A program made the position numbers and the translations under genes. Positions 22,094 through 32,087 of a DNA stretch of 32,087 nt are shown here, piece by piece. Positions within the stretch are counted from its first letter, which is position 1. Each line of letters opens with the position of its first letter. The DNA comes from Octopus bimaculoides (Eukaryota): positions 54,999,634 through 55,031,720 of the forward strand of contig NC_068983.1 in NCBI RefSeq assembly GCF_001194135.2, read 5' to 3'. Below the pieces are notes generated by a model. That model did no database searches. It was not told the origin of the DNA and worked only from the letters and a program-made list of their open reading frames with translations.

Positions 22094-22797
22094 GTTTCAA
22101 ATTTTGCCTCAAGGGCAGCCATTTTTGGGGGTGGGTATGAATTGATTACATTGACCCCAGTGTTTTACTGGTACTTAATTTATCAAGTGTGAAAGGATGA
22201 ATAGCAAAGTTGACCTTGGTGGCATTTGATCTCAGAATGTAGTGGCAGATGAAACATCGCTAAGCATTTCATCCAGCGTGCTAATGATTCTGCCAGCTTG
22301 TTGCCTTCAATAATAATAATGATGATAATAATAACAATAATAATCCTTTCTACTAAAAGCACAAGGCCTGAAATTTTGGGGAGGGGATTAGTCAATTACA
22401 CCAACCCCAGTATTTCACTGGTACTTAAAATATCAACCCTGAAAGGATAAAGGGTAAAGTTGAACTCAGAACATAAGGACAGACAACATACTGCTAAGCA
22501 TTTCGCCTGGCATGCTAACAACTCTTATTTCTTTATTGCCCACAAGGGGCTAAACATAGAAGGGACAAACAAGGACAGACAAAAGGATTAAGTTGATTAG
22601 ATCAACCCTATTGCGTAACTGATACTTAATTTATCGACCCCGAAAGGATGAAAAGCAAAGTTGACCTCGGCAGAATTTGAACTCAGAATATAAAGACAGA
22701 CGACATACCGCTAAGCATTTCGCCTGGTGTGCTAACAATTCTGCCAGCTCGCCGCCTTGTACATCAACAACAACAACAACAATAATAATAATAATAT
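21810..22797 (-). mobile_element. Cluster of four head-to-tail family C SINEs separated by (AAT)n
   Basis: Copies at about 21839-22047, 22093-22307, 22343-22520 and 22520-22760 share the AAAGGATGAA..AAAGTTGAC..GAACTCAGAA..CTAAGCATTTC core. Confidence 0.85.
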
Positions 22798-23147
22798 ACT
22801 TAACTCTCAAAAATACCTTAAGCATCCTGTGGCAGCTTTCCTTATTTTATATAATTAAGAATTTTTTAATATATATATATTTTTTTTTTTTTTGGCATAT
22901 TGGCACGAATATAAATTAACTGTTTACTTCCTGCTCCCCCCCACACACATTTGTACAGTCTGTTGCGCTACTTGCATTCTAATTACCTCCTCTTACCTAT
23001 TTCACTGCAGCAGTTGTAAAGTTGTAAAATGTTTTGAGTTTTCATGACTGGATTTTCTCTTAATAGCCTTTGTTTGTTTGGCAAGCGAGATGATATAAAA
23101 TGGTTCGTAATGACTTCAACACTAGAAAATTTACTGCTGTAAGTGTG

Positions 23148-23320
23148 GGCTTGGCTGTGTGGTTAAGAAGCTTGCATTGCAACCGGGTGGTTTGGGTTCA
23201 ATCCCACTGTGCAGCATGTGGGGCAAGCATCTTCTGCTATAGCCTCCAGCTAACCGGTGTCTTGTGTATGAATTTGGGAGACGGAAAGTATGTGGAAGCA
23301 CCTCGTATTTCTGTTTGTCT
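23148..23320 (+). mobile_element. SINE family A 5' half
   Basis: GGCTGTGTGGTTAAGAAGCTTGC..GGGTTCAATCCCACTG..GGGCAAGCATCTTCTGCTATAGCC. Confidence 0.7.
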
Positions 23321-23344
23321 GTCTCTATAGCTCTCTCTCACTAT

Positions 23345-23705
23345 TTTCTTTCATTCTTTTACTTGTTTCAGTCATTTTCACTGCAGCCATGCTGGAGCAT
23401 TGCCTCTAGTCGAACAAATCGACCTCAGGACTTATTCTTTGTAAACCTAGTACTTATTCTATTGGTCACTTTTGCTAAACCACTGAGTTGCAGAGACGTA
23501 AACACACCAACATCGGTTGTCAAGCGATGATGGGGGGACAATCACACACACACACACAATGGGCTTCTTTCAGTTTCTGTCTACCAAATCCACTCTCAAG
23601 GCTTTGGTCCGCCCGAGGCTATACTAGAAGATACTTGCCCAAGGTGCCATGCAATGGGACTGAACCCGGAACCATGTGGTTGGGAAGCAAGCTTCTTACT
23701 ACACT
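23345..23705 (-). mobile_element. SINE family A, full length, relatively young
   Basis: All modules are present with few disruptions. Confidence 0.85.
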
Positions 23706-23709
23706 CACA

Positions 23710-24240
23710 CATATCATCATCATCATCATTTAATGTCTGTTGTCCATACTGGCATGGGCTGGATGGTTTGACTAGAGCTGGTCAGCTGAGGGGCTGCAGC
23801 AGACTCCAGTTTGATTTGGCATGGTTTCTATGGCTGGATGCCCTTCCTAATGCTAACCACTCTGAGAGTGTAATATGTGTGTGTGTGTGTGTGTGTGTAT
23901 CATCATCATCATCATCAGCCTTTAGTATCTGCTTTCCATGCTGGTATGGGTTGGATGGTTTGACTGAGAACTGGCAAACTGGGAGGCTGCACCAGGTTCC
24001 AGTCTGATTTGGCAATGTTTCTACAGCTGGACACCCTTCCTAATGCCAACCACTTCGACAGTGTAGTGGGTGCATTTAATGTGCCACTGGCACAGGAGCC
24101 AGTCAGGTGGTACTGGAATTGGCCACACTCAAATGATGCTCTTGACATGCCAGTCAGGCGGCAGTGGCATCAGCCATGCTCGTATGGTGCTTTTTATGTA
24201 CAACCAGCACCAAATATAATAATAAGCTATTCGACAATTC
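23710..24240 (-). mobile_element. Repeat family B, two tandem copies (23710-23880, 23897-24240)
   Basis: Two (CAT)n tails, each followed by family B body. Confidence 0.75.
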
Positions 24241-24309
24241 TTCATTATTTTCAAAATAAACTGAGCAGACAACAGGATTTCGGTGCACTATTTAGTTTTG
24301 CTATGGGCA

Positions 24310-24470
24310 AGACAACCTCTACAGTGCTGGTGCCATGAAAAATACACCCAGAATACTTGAAAGTGGGTAGTGTTGGAAATGGCATCTAGTTGTAGAAATG
24401 AAGCCAAGAGTGAGACAGTTCAGATCCGTTTGAACCTTGTAAACCATGGACAATGGATGTAAAATGATGA
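24310..24470 (+). mobile_element. Repeat family B, degenerate
   Basis: GGTGCCATGAAAAATACACCCAG..TGTTGGAAATGGCATCTAGTTGTAGAAA..CATGGACAATGGATGTAAAATGATGAT. Confidence 0.55.
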
Positions 24471-24473
24471 TTG

Positions 24474-24513
24474 ATATATATATATATATATATATCAATC
24501 ATCATTTTATATA

Positions 24514-24550
<37 letters not shown>

Positions 24551-24631
24551 GTGTGTGTGTATATATATATATGTGTGTGTATATATATATGTGTGTATAT
24601 ATATATATGTGTGTATATATATATATGTATG

Positions 24632-24674
<43 letters not shown>
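24474..24674. repeat. Compound (TA)n/(TG)n microsatellite adjoining a gap
   Basis: Direct reading. Confidence 0.9.
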
Positions 24675-25238
24675 NNNNNNNNNNNNNNNNNNNNNNNNNN
24701 NNNNNNNNNNNNNNNNNNNNNNNNNNNNNNNNNNNNNNNNNNNNNNNNNNNNNNNNNNNNNNNNNNNNNNNNNNNNNNNNNNNNNNNNNNNNNNNNNNNN
24801 NNNNNNNNNNNNNNNNNNNNNNNNNNNNNNNNNNNNNNNNNNNNNNNNNNNNNNNNNNNNNNNNNNNNNNNNNNNNNNNNNNNNNNNNNNNNNNNNNNNN
24901 NNNNNNNNNNNNNNNNNNNNNNNNNNNNNNNNNNNNNNNNNNNNNNNNNNNNNNNNNNNNNNNNNNNNNNNNNNNNNNNNNNNNNNNNNNNNNNNNNNNN
25001 NNNNNNNNNNNNNNNNNNNNNNNNNNNNNNNNNNNNNNNNNNNNNNNNNNNNNNNNNNNNNNNNNNNNNNNNATTGCTACGACAAAATTTTATATAAAGT
25101 TACCCAAGGTTTCACACCCACAAAGCCAAACCTTGTAGGTGCAAAACCTTGGATAGCTGTGTATAAAATTTTGTTATATATATGCAAAATGATATCTATA
25201 TCTATCTATCTAGTTATCTATCTATATCTATATGCGTG

Positions 25239-25293
<55 letters not shown>

Positions 25294-25538
25294 ATTCAGA
25301 TTATAAATATCATCTTATGCGTATAAAAATATATAAAGTTATTGGATATAAGAAATTGTTGCTCTTAATATTTATGGTTGTTCATGAGTACAGATGAATC
25401 CTTCTTTGCCCCCCACCCCCCACCACCAAAAGGCAATATCAATCACTACAGCAGATATTTCCTTTGGCAAGTTTTGTATAAATCTAGTAAACATGATATC
25501 TTGTATGAAAATATTTACATAATTTATCTTTTTTTCAG

Positions 25539-25646
25539 GTTCTCTGTCGATGGTTGCTTAGTGTGAAAAAGAACTACAGAAATGTGACCTACCACAACTG
25601 GAGGCATGCTTTTAATGTAACCCAAACTATGTTTTGCATGATAAAA
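25539..25646 (+). CDS. PDE11: PDE11-like phosphodiesterase, exon e ([36 protein letters not shown])
   Basis: TTTTTTCAG acceptor and GTAAGT donor at 25647; 108 nt. Contains the catalytic YHNWRHAFN motif. The KNYRxVxYHN spacing fits PDE11 rather than vertebrate PDE5, which has one more residue. Confidence 0.96.
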
Positions 25647-25689
25647 GTAAGTCTTGAATTTTCGTGTATTTTCTCACCTAAATTAACAT

Positions 25690-25900
25690 TCATCATCATC
25701 ATCATCATAATCATTTAATGTTTGTTTTTCATGCTGGCATGGGTTGGACAGTTTGGCAGGAGCTGGCAAGCTTGAGAGCTCATCAGGCTCCAGTTGTCTG
25801 CTTTGGCTTGGTTTCTACAGCTGGATGTCCTTCCTAATGCCAACGGCTTTACACTGTGTATTGAGTGCTTTTTATTTAGTACCAGCATGGAAGGTTTTTT
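25690..25900 (-). mobile_element. Repeat family B, about 45 bp downstream of exon e
   Basis: (CAT)n tail and GCTGGATGTCCTTCCTAATGCCAAC. Confidence 0.75.
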
Positions 25901-26284
25901 ATGAGACGCCAACAGAGGTGCTTAAACTGAGAGATACTCTCATTCAAGAGAACTGTAATAGCAGCAGTAGTAGTAGTGGGGCTGGGGGCATGTGCTGTTA
26001 CTGCACATCTCTGAATCCACCATTTGTTGGTGGTTCCCTACTCCTGGTGGACGATGCCTTTGCACCACTCAGGCGCCAACTCTCCAACTCCTGGTTCGGT
26101 TTGGGTAGTCATTGCTGGTGAAGGTTTTACGAGGTTGAGGAACAAATCCTACCTTTACATCTTTTAGTTGCTTTTCATGACACTCAGAGGAAACGTTGGA
26201 TCTGTTCTTTGACATTCTGATACGCACAAAGCACAAAAGAACTCTGAGATGTACTAATTACTCAGAGAAGCTCATGGAAGTGAC

Positions 26285-26560
26285 AATGATGATAAGGATG
26301 ATGATGATGATGATGATGATGTTGATGGTGATGTTTTTCACAATGGTGGTGGTGATAGTGGTAACCACTTGAAGGATCAAATGATTTTAATGATGATAAT
26401 GATAATGTTACTGTTGTTGTTCTTTAAAACCCTCAGCCAGTCTTGGATTCCTGTTTTGGGAGTTTGACAGACGACAGGATCCTCATCAGCTATTGGTCAT
26501 GTTATAATGTGCAAAGATTTTGAAATATATTCCCTGCCAAGAGATCATCACCATCATTGC

Positions 26561-26592
<32 letters not shown>

Positions 26593-27020
26593 CTATCTCC
26601 ATCAGCATCATCGTTACCATCATCTTTATTTATCACTATCATCATCACCACTATCAGTATTATCACCAACACCATTGTTGCCCAAATCATCTTCTCCATC
26701 ATTGTCACCCCCACAATTGTCATTCAGTATCATCCTCACCATCATTGTGCTCATCATTGTCACCATCATCACTACCACCATCACAATCATCTTCTCCATC
26801 ATCACCACTCTAGTCACCATCCTCATCTTTGTCATTATTAACACCACCACCACTATCACCAGCATCATCTTTACCATCATCACCAGCACCACTAACATCA
26901 TTGCCACCATCACCAGCACCATTGTCACCATCACCTGCACCATCATATTCACCATCATCATCATCAGCAGCAGCAGCAGCATCTTTATAATCAGCATTAT
27001 CATCATCCTCATCATCATTG
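26285..27020. repeat. Degenerate trinucleotide tracts: (GAT/GGT)n 26285-26410 and (CAT/CAC)n about 26525-27020
   Basis: Direct reading. These tracts explain the His-, Ile- and Met-rich ORFs. Confidence 0.9.
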
Positions 27021-27089
27021 TGAAAAGCTCTCCAGCCTTGACCATTTTGTCTGTTACTTTCTTTTACAATCATCATTCCCGGATACTTA

Positions 27090-27230
27090 TTTTTTTTCCC
27101 TAAAGATTGGTACTTATTCACTTAGTCTCCTTTACCAAACTTCTAAGTTACAGGGACATAAACACACTGACACCAGTTGTCAAGTGGTGGTGGGGTCTGA
27201 ACATAAGAACAAAGACACATACACACAGGT
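27090..27230 (-). mobile_element. SINE family A 3' body fragment
   Basis: GGTACTTATTC..CTAAGTTACAGGGACATAAAC..CCAGTTGTCAAG. Confidence 0.65.
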
Positions 27231-27504
27231 GTGTATGTATGTATGCATATAAATATAAATAAGAAATGGAAACCAATACAATAAATTAAACAATTATAAA
27301 TTCAATTCAATTATTTTATACAAACAAATGGCACATTTCATAAATTACAGGTGTTTCCACTTCATTAATAAAACCAAGTCTTTTAAGAATAATAACATCA
27401 TGTTGAAATATATAATGAGGCTTCAGTAAACCCTTCAGATATTTAATATCCCTTAGGTGGTTTTTTTTAACTCCCAGTTAAATTGTTGTATGTATATGTA
27501 TATA

Positions 27505-27641
27505 TCGGGGCACTCCATCGGTTATGACAATGAGGGTTCCAGTTGATCCGATCAACGGAACAGCCTGCTCATGAAATTAACATGAAATTAACGTAGTTCT
27601 TGGTGGAGATTCAGCGTTACACAGAGTGTGACAAGGCTGAC
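27505..27641 (+). repeat. GC-richer island, probable end of an interspersed repeat, with a strong hairpin at 27530-27572
   Basis: Abrupt compositional change after (TA)n, a nested inverted repeat, and the sequence runs into a gap. Only one copy is in the window. Confidence 0.4.
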
Positions 27642-27972
27642 NNNNNNNNNNNNNNNNNNNNNNNNNNNNNNNNNNNNNNNNNNNNNNNNNNNNNNNNNNN
27701 NNNNNNNNNNNNNNNNNNNNNNNNNNNNNNNNNNNNNNNNNNNNNNNNNNNNNNNNNNNNNNNNNNNNNNNNNNNNNNNNNNNNNNNNNNNNNNNNNNNN
27801 NNNNNNNNNNNNNNNNNNNNNNNNNNNNNNNNNNNNNNNNNNNNNNNNNNNNNNNNNNNNNNNNNNNNNNNNNNNNNNNNNNNNNNNNNNNNNNNNNNNN
27901 NNNNNNNNNNNNNNNNNNNNNNNNNNNNNNNNNNNNNNNNNNNNNNNNNNNNNNNNNNNNNNNNNNNNNNNN

Positions 27973-28255
27973 ATAGAATAAGTACTAGGCTTACAAAGAA
28001 TAAGTCCCGGGGTCGATTTGCTCAACTAAAGGCAGTGCTCCAGCATGGCCACAGTCAAATGACTGAAACAAGTGAAAGAGTATATATGAAGAGGCTCTTT
28101 CAGTTTCTGTCTACTGAATTCACTCACAAGGCTTTTGTTGGCCGAGGGTTATAGCAGAAGGTACTTGGCAAAGTACCACACAGAAGTACTGAACCTGGAA
28201 CCATGTAGTTGGGTAACAGACTTATTGTCAATATTATTATACAGCCACACCTGCA
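27973..28255. mobile_element. SINE family A tail (+, 27973-28085) abutting a family A head (-, 28090-28255)
   Basis: Both match family A blocks, in opposite orientations. Confidence 0.7.
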
Positions 28256-28746
28256 CCAAAAAAATATGTTCCCATGCTGAGAATCTATATAAAAGTATGT
28301 AAAGCCATTGGATATATTATAAGACGTCATTGCTCTTGATATTTATGGTCATTCAAAGGTGGTGGTCTGGAAGAATCTTCCGTTCATTGCTGACACAAGA
28401 ACATTGGGAATATATGGGCTGCAGCTGCTATTAAAGTTCACTGGTAGAAATGACAAAATATTTTAACTGTAAATGAGCTTTATTTTTTTTTCTGTTTAAA
28501 GCAGATAACTTTATGTTCATTTATGGTGATGCTGACATATTGTAATAAATTAAATAAAAAGTAATCTGTCAGACTAACAAAGACAGCAACTGTGTAGATC
28601 TTTAGTATAAGAGAGTAAATAAATATTAAAATGTTGACACATATCATTCTTGTGACAGAGAATTGAGAAAGCATTTATACAAATCCAGATTTAGGTAAGT
28701 TTTTAACCAAACATGAGCTGATATCAAAATGACAGCTCACACACAG

Positions 28747-28809
28747 GCAGATAGATAGATAGACAGATAGATGGATAGATAGATAGACAAATAGATAGAT
28801 AGATAGACT

Positions 28810-28840
<31 letters not shown>

Positions 28841-28860
28841 TGATAAGGCAGGCAGGCAGG
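28747..28860. repeat. (GATA)n/(GGCA)n tetranucleotide microsatellite
   Basis: Direct reading. Confidence 0.9.
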
Positions 28861-28894
28861 CATTTCAGAGATGACTTGCTTAGCAGTCAGAATA

Positions 28895-29145
28895 TATCAT
28901 CATTGTTTAACATCTGTTTTCCATGCTGGCATGTGTTGGACAGTTTGGCAAGAGCAGTCCAGACTCTAAATTGTCTGTTGTGGCATGGTTTCTATTGCAG
29001 GATGCCCTTCCTAATGTCAAGCATTTTACAGAGTGTCCTGGGTGGTTTTTATGTGCCACCACCATAAGTATGTTTACACAGCACCATTGTGAGTGCATTT
29101 TACATAGTGCCATCACAAGTGCATTTTATGTGGCACCGGCACCTG
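28895..29145 (-). mobile_element. Repeat family B
   Basis: Tail, GGATGCCCTTCCTAATG and minisatellite units. Confidence 0.7.
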
Positions 29146-29770
29146 TAAAGAACAAGCCTGATATTTCAGACCTATCGCTCTGCAGAAGGTAGGTTTGAAT
29201 CCCAGCTGAAGAAAGCCATGAAAGAAATAGTCATGGCAGCTGAAACTAGCTCAAGGTGGCTATGGTTGATTTAGAGACTGAAAGTAGAACCCTTTCATTG
29301 GTGAAGGCTAGTTTGGTCCTCAGTGCCTCACTCAAGTGAAATGTACAGGCAAAGGGGTGAAGCGCTTGTAAATACTTGCTGAAGGTATGGAAGAGTTGCC
29401 AGCATTGCAATGGATTTAGAAGAGCTTTCAAAACCTCTGAGTAATTCCTGCAGTTTCTGTGTGGAGCAAAGAATTGCTCATATTTAGTTGCCCCCGCCCA
29501 CACATGCACACATATATATATATATGGGGTGGATGAACAGCCGACAACTGATGAAGGGTTGTTCTTTATGTTACTTGTCTTGTTTTCCATTTGTTTCTCT
29601 CGTTTGCATACCCAAGTTTGCCTTCTTATTTCATGTTGTTTATGTTTTGTGATGTCCTGTACCCATATATGCATTTATATATATATATATATGTATATAT
29701 ATCATTTTGCCATGATAGATCGCTAACCACTACACACATTTTTTTTCTCTCATTGTTTCTTTCTGTGTTC

Positions 29771-29806
29771 CTTTCTGTGGAAGAGCGTAGGCTCGAAACG
29801 TTAAAG
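29771..29806 (+). ncRNA. Second minimal hammerhead-like motif with a variant core, in an unrelated repeat
   Basis: CTTT-CTGTGGA-A-GAGC(GTAG)GCTC-GAAA-CGTT-AAAG. Stems I and II and the ACGT palindrome are present, but core A6 is T. Confidence 0.55.
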
Positions 29807-30699
29807 ACTTTTTCAATCCCTGAGCGTTTGTTTTCTACACTACTTGTCTTTGTCTTTTTTTCTGTGAANNNNNNNNNNNNNNNNNNNNNNNNNNNNNNNN
29901 NNNNNNNNNNNNNNNNNNNNNNNNNNNNNNNNNNNNNNNNNNNNNNNNNNNNNNNNNNNNNNNNNNNNNNNNNNNNNNNNNNNNNNNNNNNNNNNNNNNN
30001 NNNNNNNNNNNNNNNNNNNNNNNGTTTCTGTTGAGTAAGTGTTGTATCTAAATTTCCATCTAGGACAGATGTGACATTGGTTCAACTGAGAATTGAAATA
30101 GGAATTTTTTGGAAGATTAGTAATTTTCAAACAAGATTAATACATTCAGGAATCTTTTACTAAGAAAGATTATCAATCATAAGACAATCAATCATCAGAG
30201 AATAGATTTGGTGAAGATTGGAAGATTTTTGTAATTGAATGACTTTTCTAGAAAGCAGAAAGTACTTATTAGTTAGTATATATTTTTTTCTTTTTGGTTC
30301 TAGCCATGGCCAACCTATCATATTAATTTCCTAGACACAGTAAACCGGATCGAATTTCCCAATGTATCTTTTTTCCAAACCACTGCTGCCTGTATTGAAG
30401 AATGTTTGGCTATTATTTCTTGCAGGTCAAGCAACCACGTAGAGATACTCTGCCTTTAGAATTTCCATTTACTTTTATCTTCGTCAAAGATGTTCAGTTC
30501 CACATATCTTCGTATTTTCATCAAATATCTTTTACACCATTTCATTTAAATATTAACCATACTGCTTTCATCGTGTGAAATTAGAAACTTAGAGCAATGT
30601 GGAAACAATTTATTTTTGATTATGGAACTTGAAGTAGAGAAAGCTATATGTAGCAGCATGTAGAACAATGGGTTAAAAAAACTTTGTCTCTCCAGAGGC

Positions 30700-30970
30700 A
30701 CAATGGCTGTGTAGTCAGAAGTTTGCTTCCCAATTACATGGTTCTCGGTTCAGTTCCTCTGCGTGACACCTTGGACAAGTGTCTTCTACTATAGCCTTGG
30801 GCTCACCAAAGCCTTACAACTGGATTTAGTAGACAGAAACTGAAATAAGACCCATCAAATCTGTGTGTGTGTGTGTGTGTGTCTTTGTGTTTGTGCTCCA
30901 CCACCACCAGCACCACTTGATAACTAGTGTTGGTTTGTTTACATCCCCGTAACTTAGCAGTTCAGCAGGC
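30700..30970 (+). mobile_element. SINE family A, 3' truncated
   Basis: Head, CORE-like block, (TG)n and TTTACATCCCCGTAACTTAGC are present. Confidence 0.75.
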
Positions 30971-31084
30971 CTTAGAAAAACAGTTCTTAACCCATTTTTA
31001 ACTGATAAAGATATAAATAATACACTGTTATTCATATCTTTATCTGTTTAGTGTCCCATTATTAAAAACAAATTATTTCATTAA

Positions 31085-31277
31085 CCCTTTAGCATTTAAA
31101 CCAGCCTTACCCAGCTCAGATATTGGATCTATTTTATGGTTTAAACTAGCCGATCCTGCCTCTCACACTTAACAACAATGCCATTCAAAAAATAAACAAT
31201 TTAATCATGCAGGCTTAATTCAAACGATATGAATGAATATGCATTACATTTGACAGAGTAATGTGAATGCTAAGGGG
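31085..31277. mobile_element. piggyBac-like MITE, 193 bp
   Basis: TTAA|CCCTTTAGCATT ... AATGCTAAGGGG|TTAA: 12-bp TIR (11/12 match) beginning CCCT, with TTAA on both sides. Confidence 0.8.
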
Positions 31278-31590
31278 TTAATCATACTGCTTTATATTCA
31301 TGCCACCATGATAGCTAACACAGACAGAAGAGTAGCTAGGCAGTTGCATATCATTATAGAAGAAATATTTTAAAGTAGGATGCACTTCCTTCTACTGACC
31401 AATCAATTGTGAAATAGCAGAAGCCCATATTTATTTCCAACATTGAAGAACAATAAGGTAACACAGTGTAATGACTCTTGCCCGGAGGCAATGTACAGGA
31501 AAATCATTATTTCATTAAACTATAAAGTAATTATAAGAAAACAATCCTTGTTTATGATGTTCAGTGACAGTTTTCTGTTTTTGTGTTTAG

Positions 31591-31700
31591 ACAGGTGAAA
31601 TGGGCAACATTCTTACTCCCTCTGAACAAATTGCTTTAATTGTAGCCACGCTGTGTCATGATTTGGATCATCGAGGACAGAACAATCAGTTCCAAAAAAA
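31591..31700 (+). CDS. PDE11: PDE11-like phosphodiesterase, exon f (TGEMGNILTPSEQIALIVATLCHDLDHRGQNNQFQK, ends phase 2)
   Basis: TTTAG acceptor and GTGAGT donor at 31701; 110 nt. Contains the class I PDE metal-binding signature HDLDHRGxNN. Confidence 0.96.
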
Positions 31701-31904
31701 GTGAGTCTGATGTTTATTCCATTACTACACTTTCTCTCTACATATATGATCATATTTATACAAATAGACAGCTAAGTGTGGACTACTTGCACCTATGTGT
31801 GTATGTGAGTGTGTGTGTATATATATATCTTTATATCTAGGTATATATTTGTATGTGTATATGTCTATGTATGAGTGTGTGTGTGTGTGTAATATATATA
31901 TATA

Positions 31905-32087
31905 TCATCATCATCATCATCATCGTTTAACGTCCGCTTTCCATGCTAGCATGGGTTGGACGATTTGACTGAGGACTGGTGAAACCGGATGGCAACACCA
32001 GGCTCCAGTCTGATTTGGCAGAGTTTCTACAGCTGGATGCCCTTCCTAACGCCAACCACTCAGAGAGTGTAGTGGGTGCTTTTACGT
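31905..32087 (-). mobile_element. Repeat family B, CpG-rich young copy truncated by the window end
   Basis: CATCGTTTAACGTCCGCTTTCCATGCTAGCATGG..GGATGCCCTTCCTAACGCCAACCAC. Confidence 0.8.

Larger units (their letters stand above)
9210..30023. other. Seven assembly gaps (N): 9210-9657, 14954-15547, 17015-18001, 21392-21567, 24675-25072, 27642-27972, 29869-30023
   Basis: N runs, mostly flanked by microsatellites or SINEs. All are intronic, and the PDE exons join without missing homology. Confidence 0.98.

Noticed and set aside
11295-25538. Possible missing or mutually exclusive PDE exon in the 14-kb intron
   Set aside because: Exon d (..FQIRND) joins exon e (VLCRW..) with the expected spacing, and no duplicated exon was seen. 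The gaps cannot be inspected.
26502-27121. Long His-, Ile-, Met- and Asp-rich ORFs (up to 198 aa)
   Set aside because: They are translations of a (CAT/CAC)n tract open in several frames, lie in an intron, and have no splice or domain support.
29543-29579. GACAA-CTGATGA-AGGG...TTGTC, a possible third hammerhead
   Set aside because: Stem I and the 5' core are present, but there is no GAAA or stem II. At most it is a remnant.
9082-30130. Long ORFs containing X runs
   Set aside because: They are artefacts of N gaps.

Overview
This is AT-rich, microsatellite-rich eukaryotic genomic DNA with seven assembly gaps. The repeat content suggests an octopus or other coleoid cephalopod (inference). The window lies inside one large + strand gene, a GAF-domain cyclic-nucleotide phosphodiesterase most like PDE11. 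Six internal exons (806-853, 3585-3728, 7721-7864, 11148-11294, 25539-25646, 31591-31700) splice in frame and run from the end of GAF-B into the catalytic domain ([16 protein letters not shown]); both gene ends are outside the window. The introns contain the intact 3' end of an RLE-type (R4/Dong-like) LINE next to (AAT)n, a decayed mariner, hAT-like and piggyBac-like MITEs, several modular SINE families and an old ~310-bp tandem array. The best finding is a tRNA-derived SINE carrying a minimal hammerhead ribozyme fold of the Penelope type (3155-3198, with a decayed copy at 20705-20750). An unrelated repeat at 29771-29806 has the same hammerhead architecture. Almost all ORFs in the supplied track are artefacts of gaps, microsatellites or SINEs.
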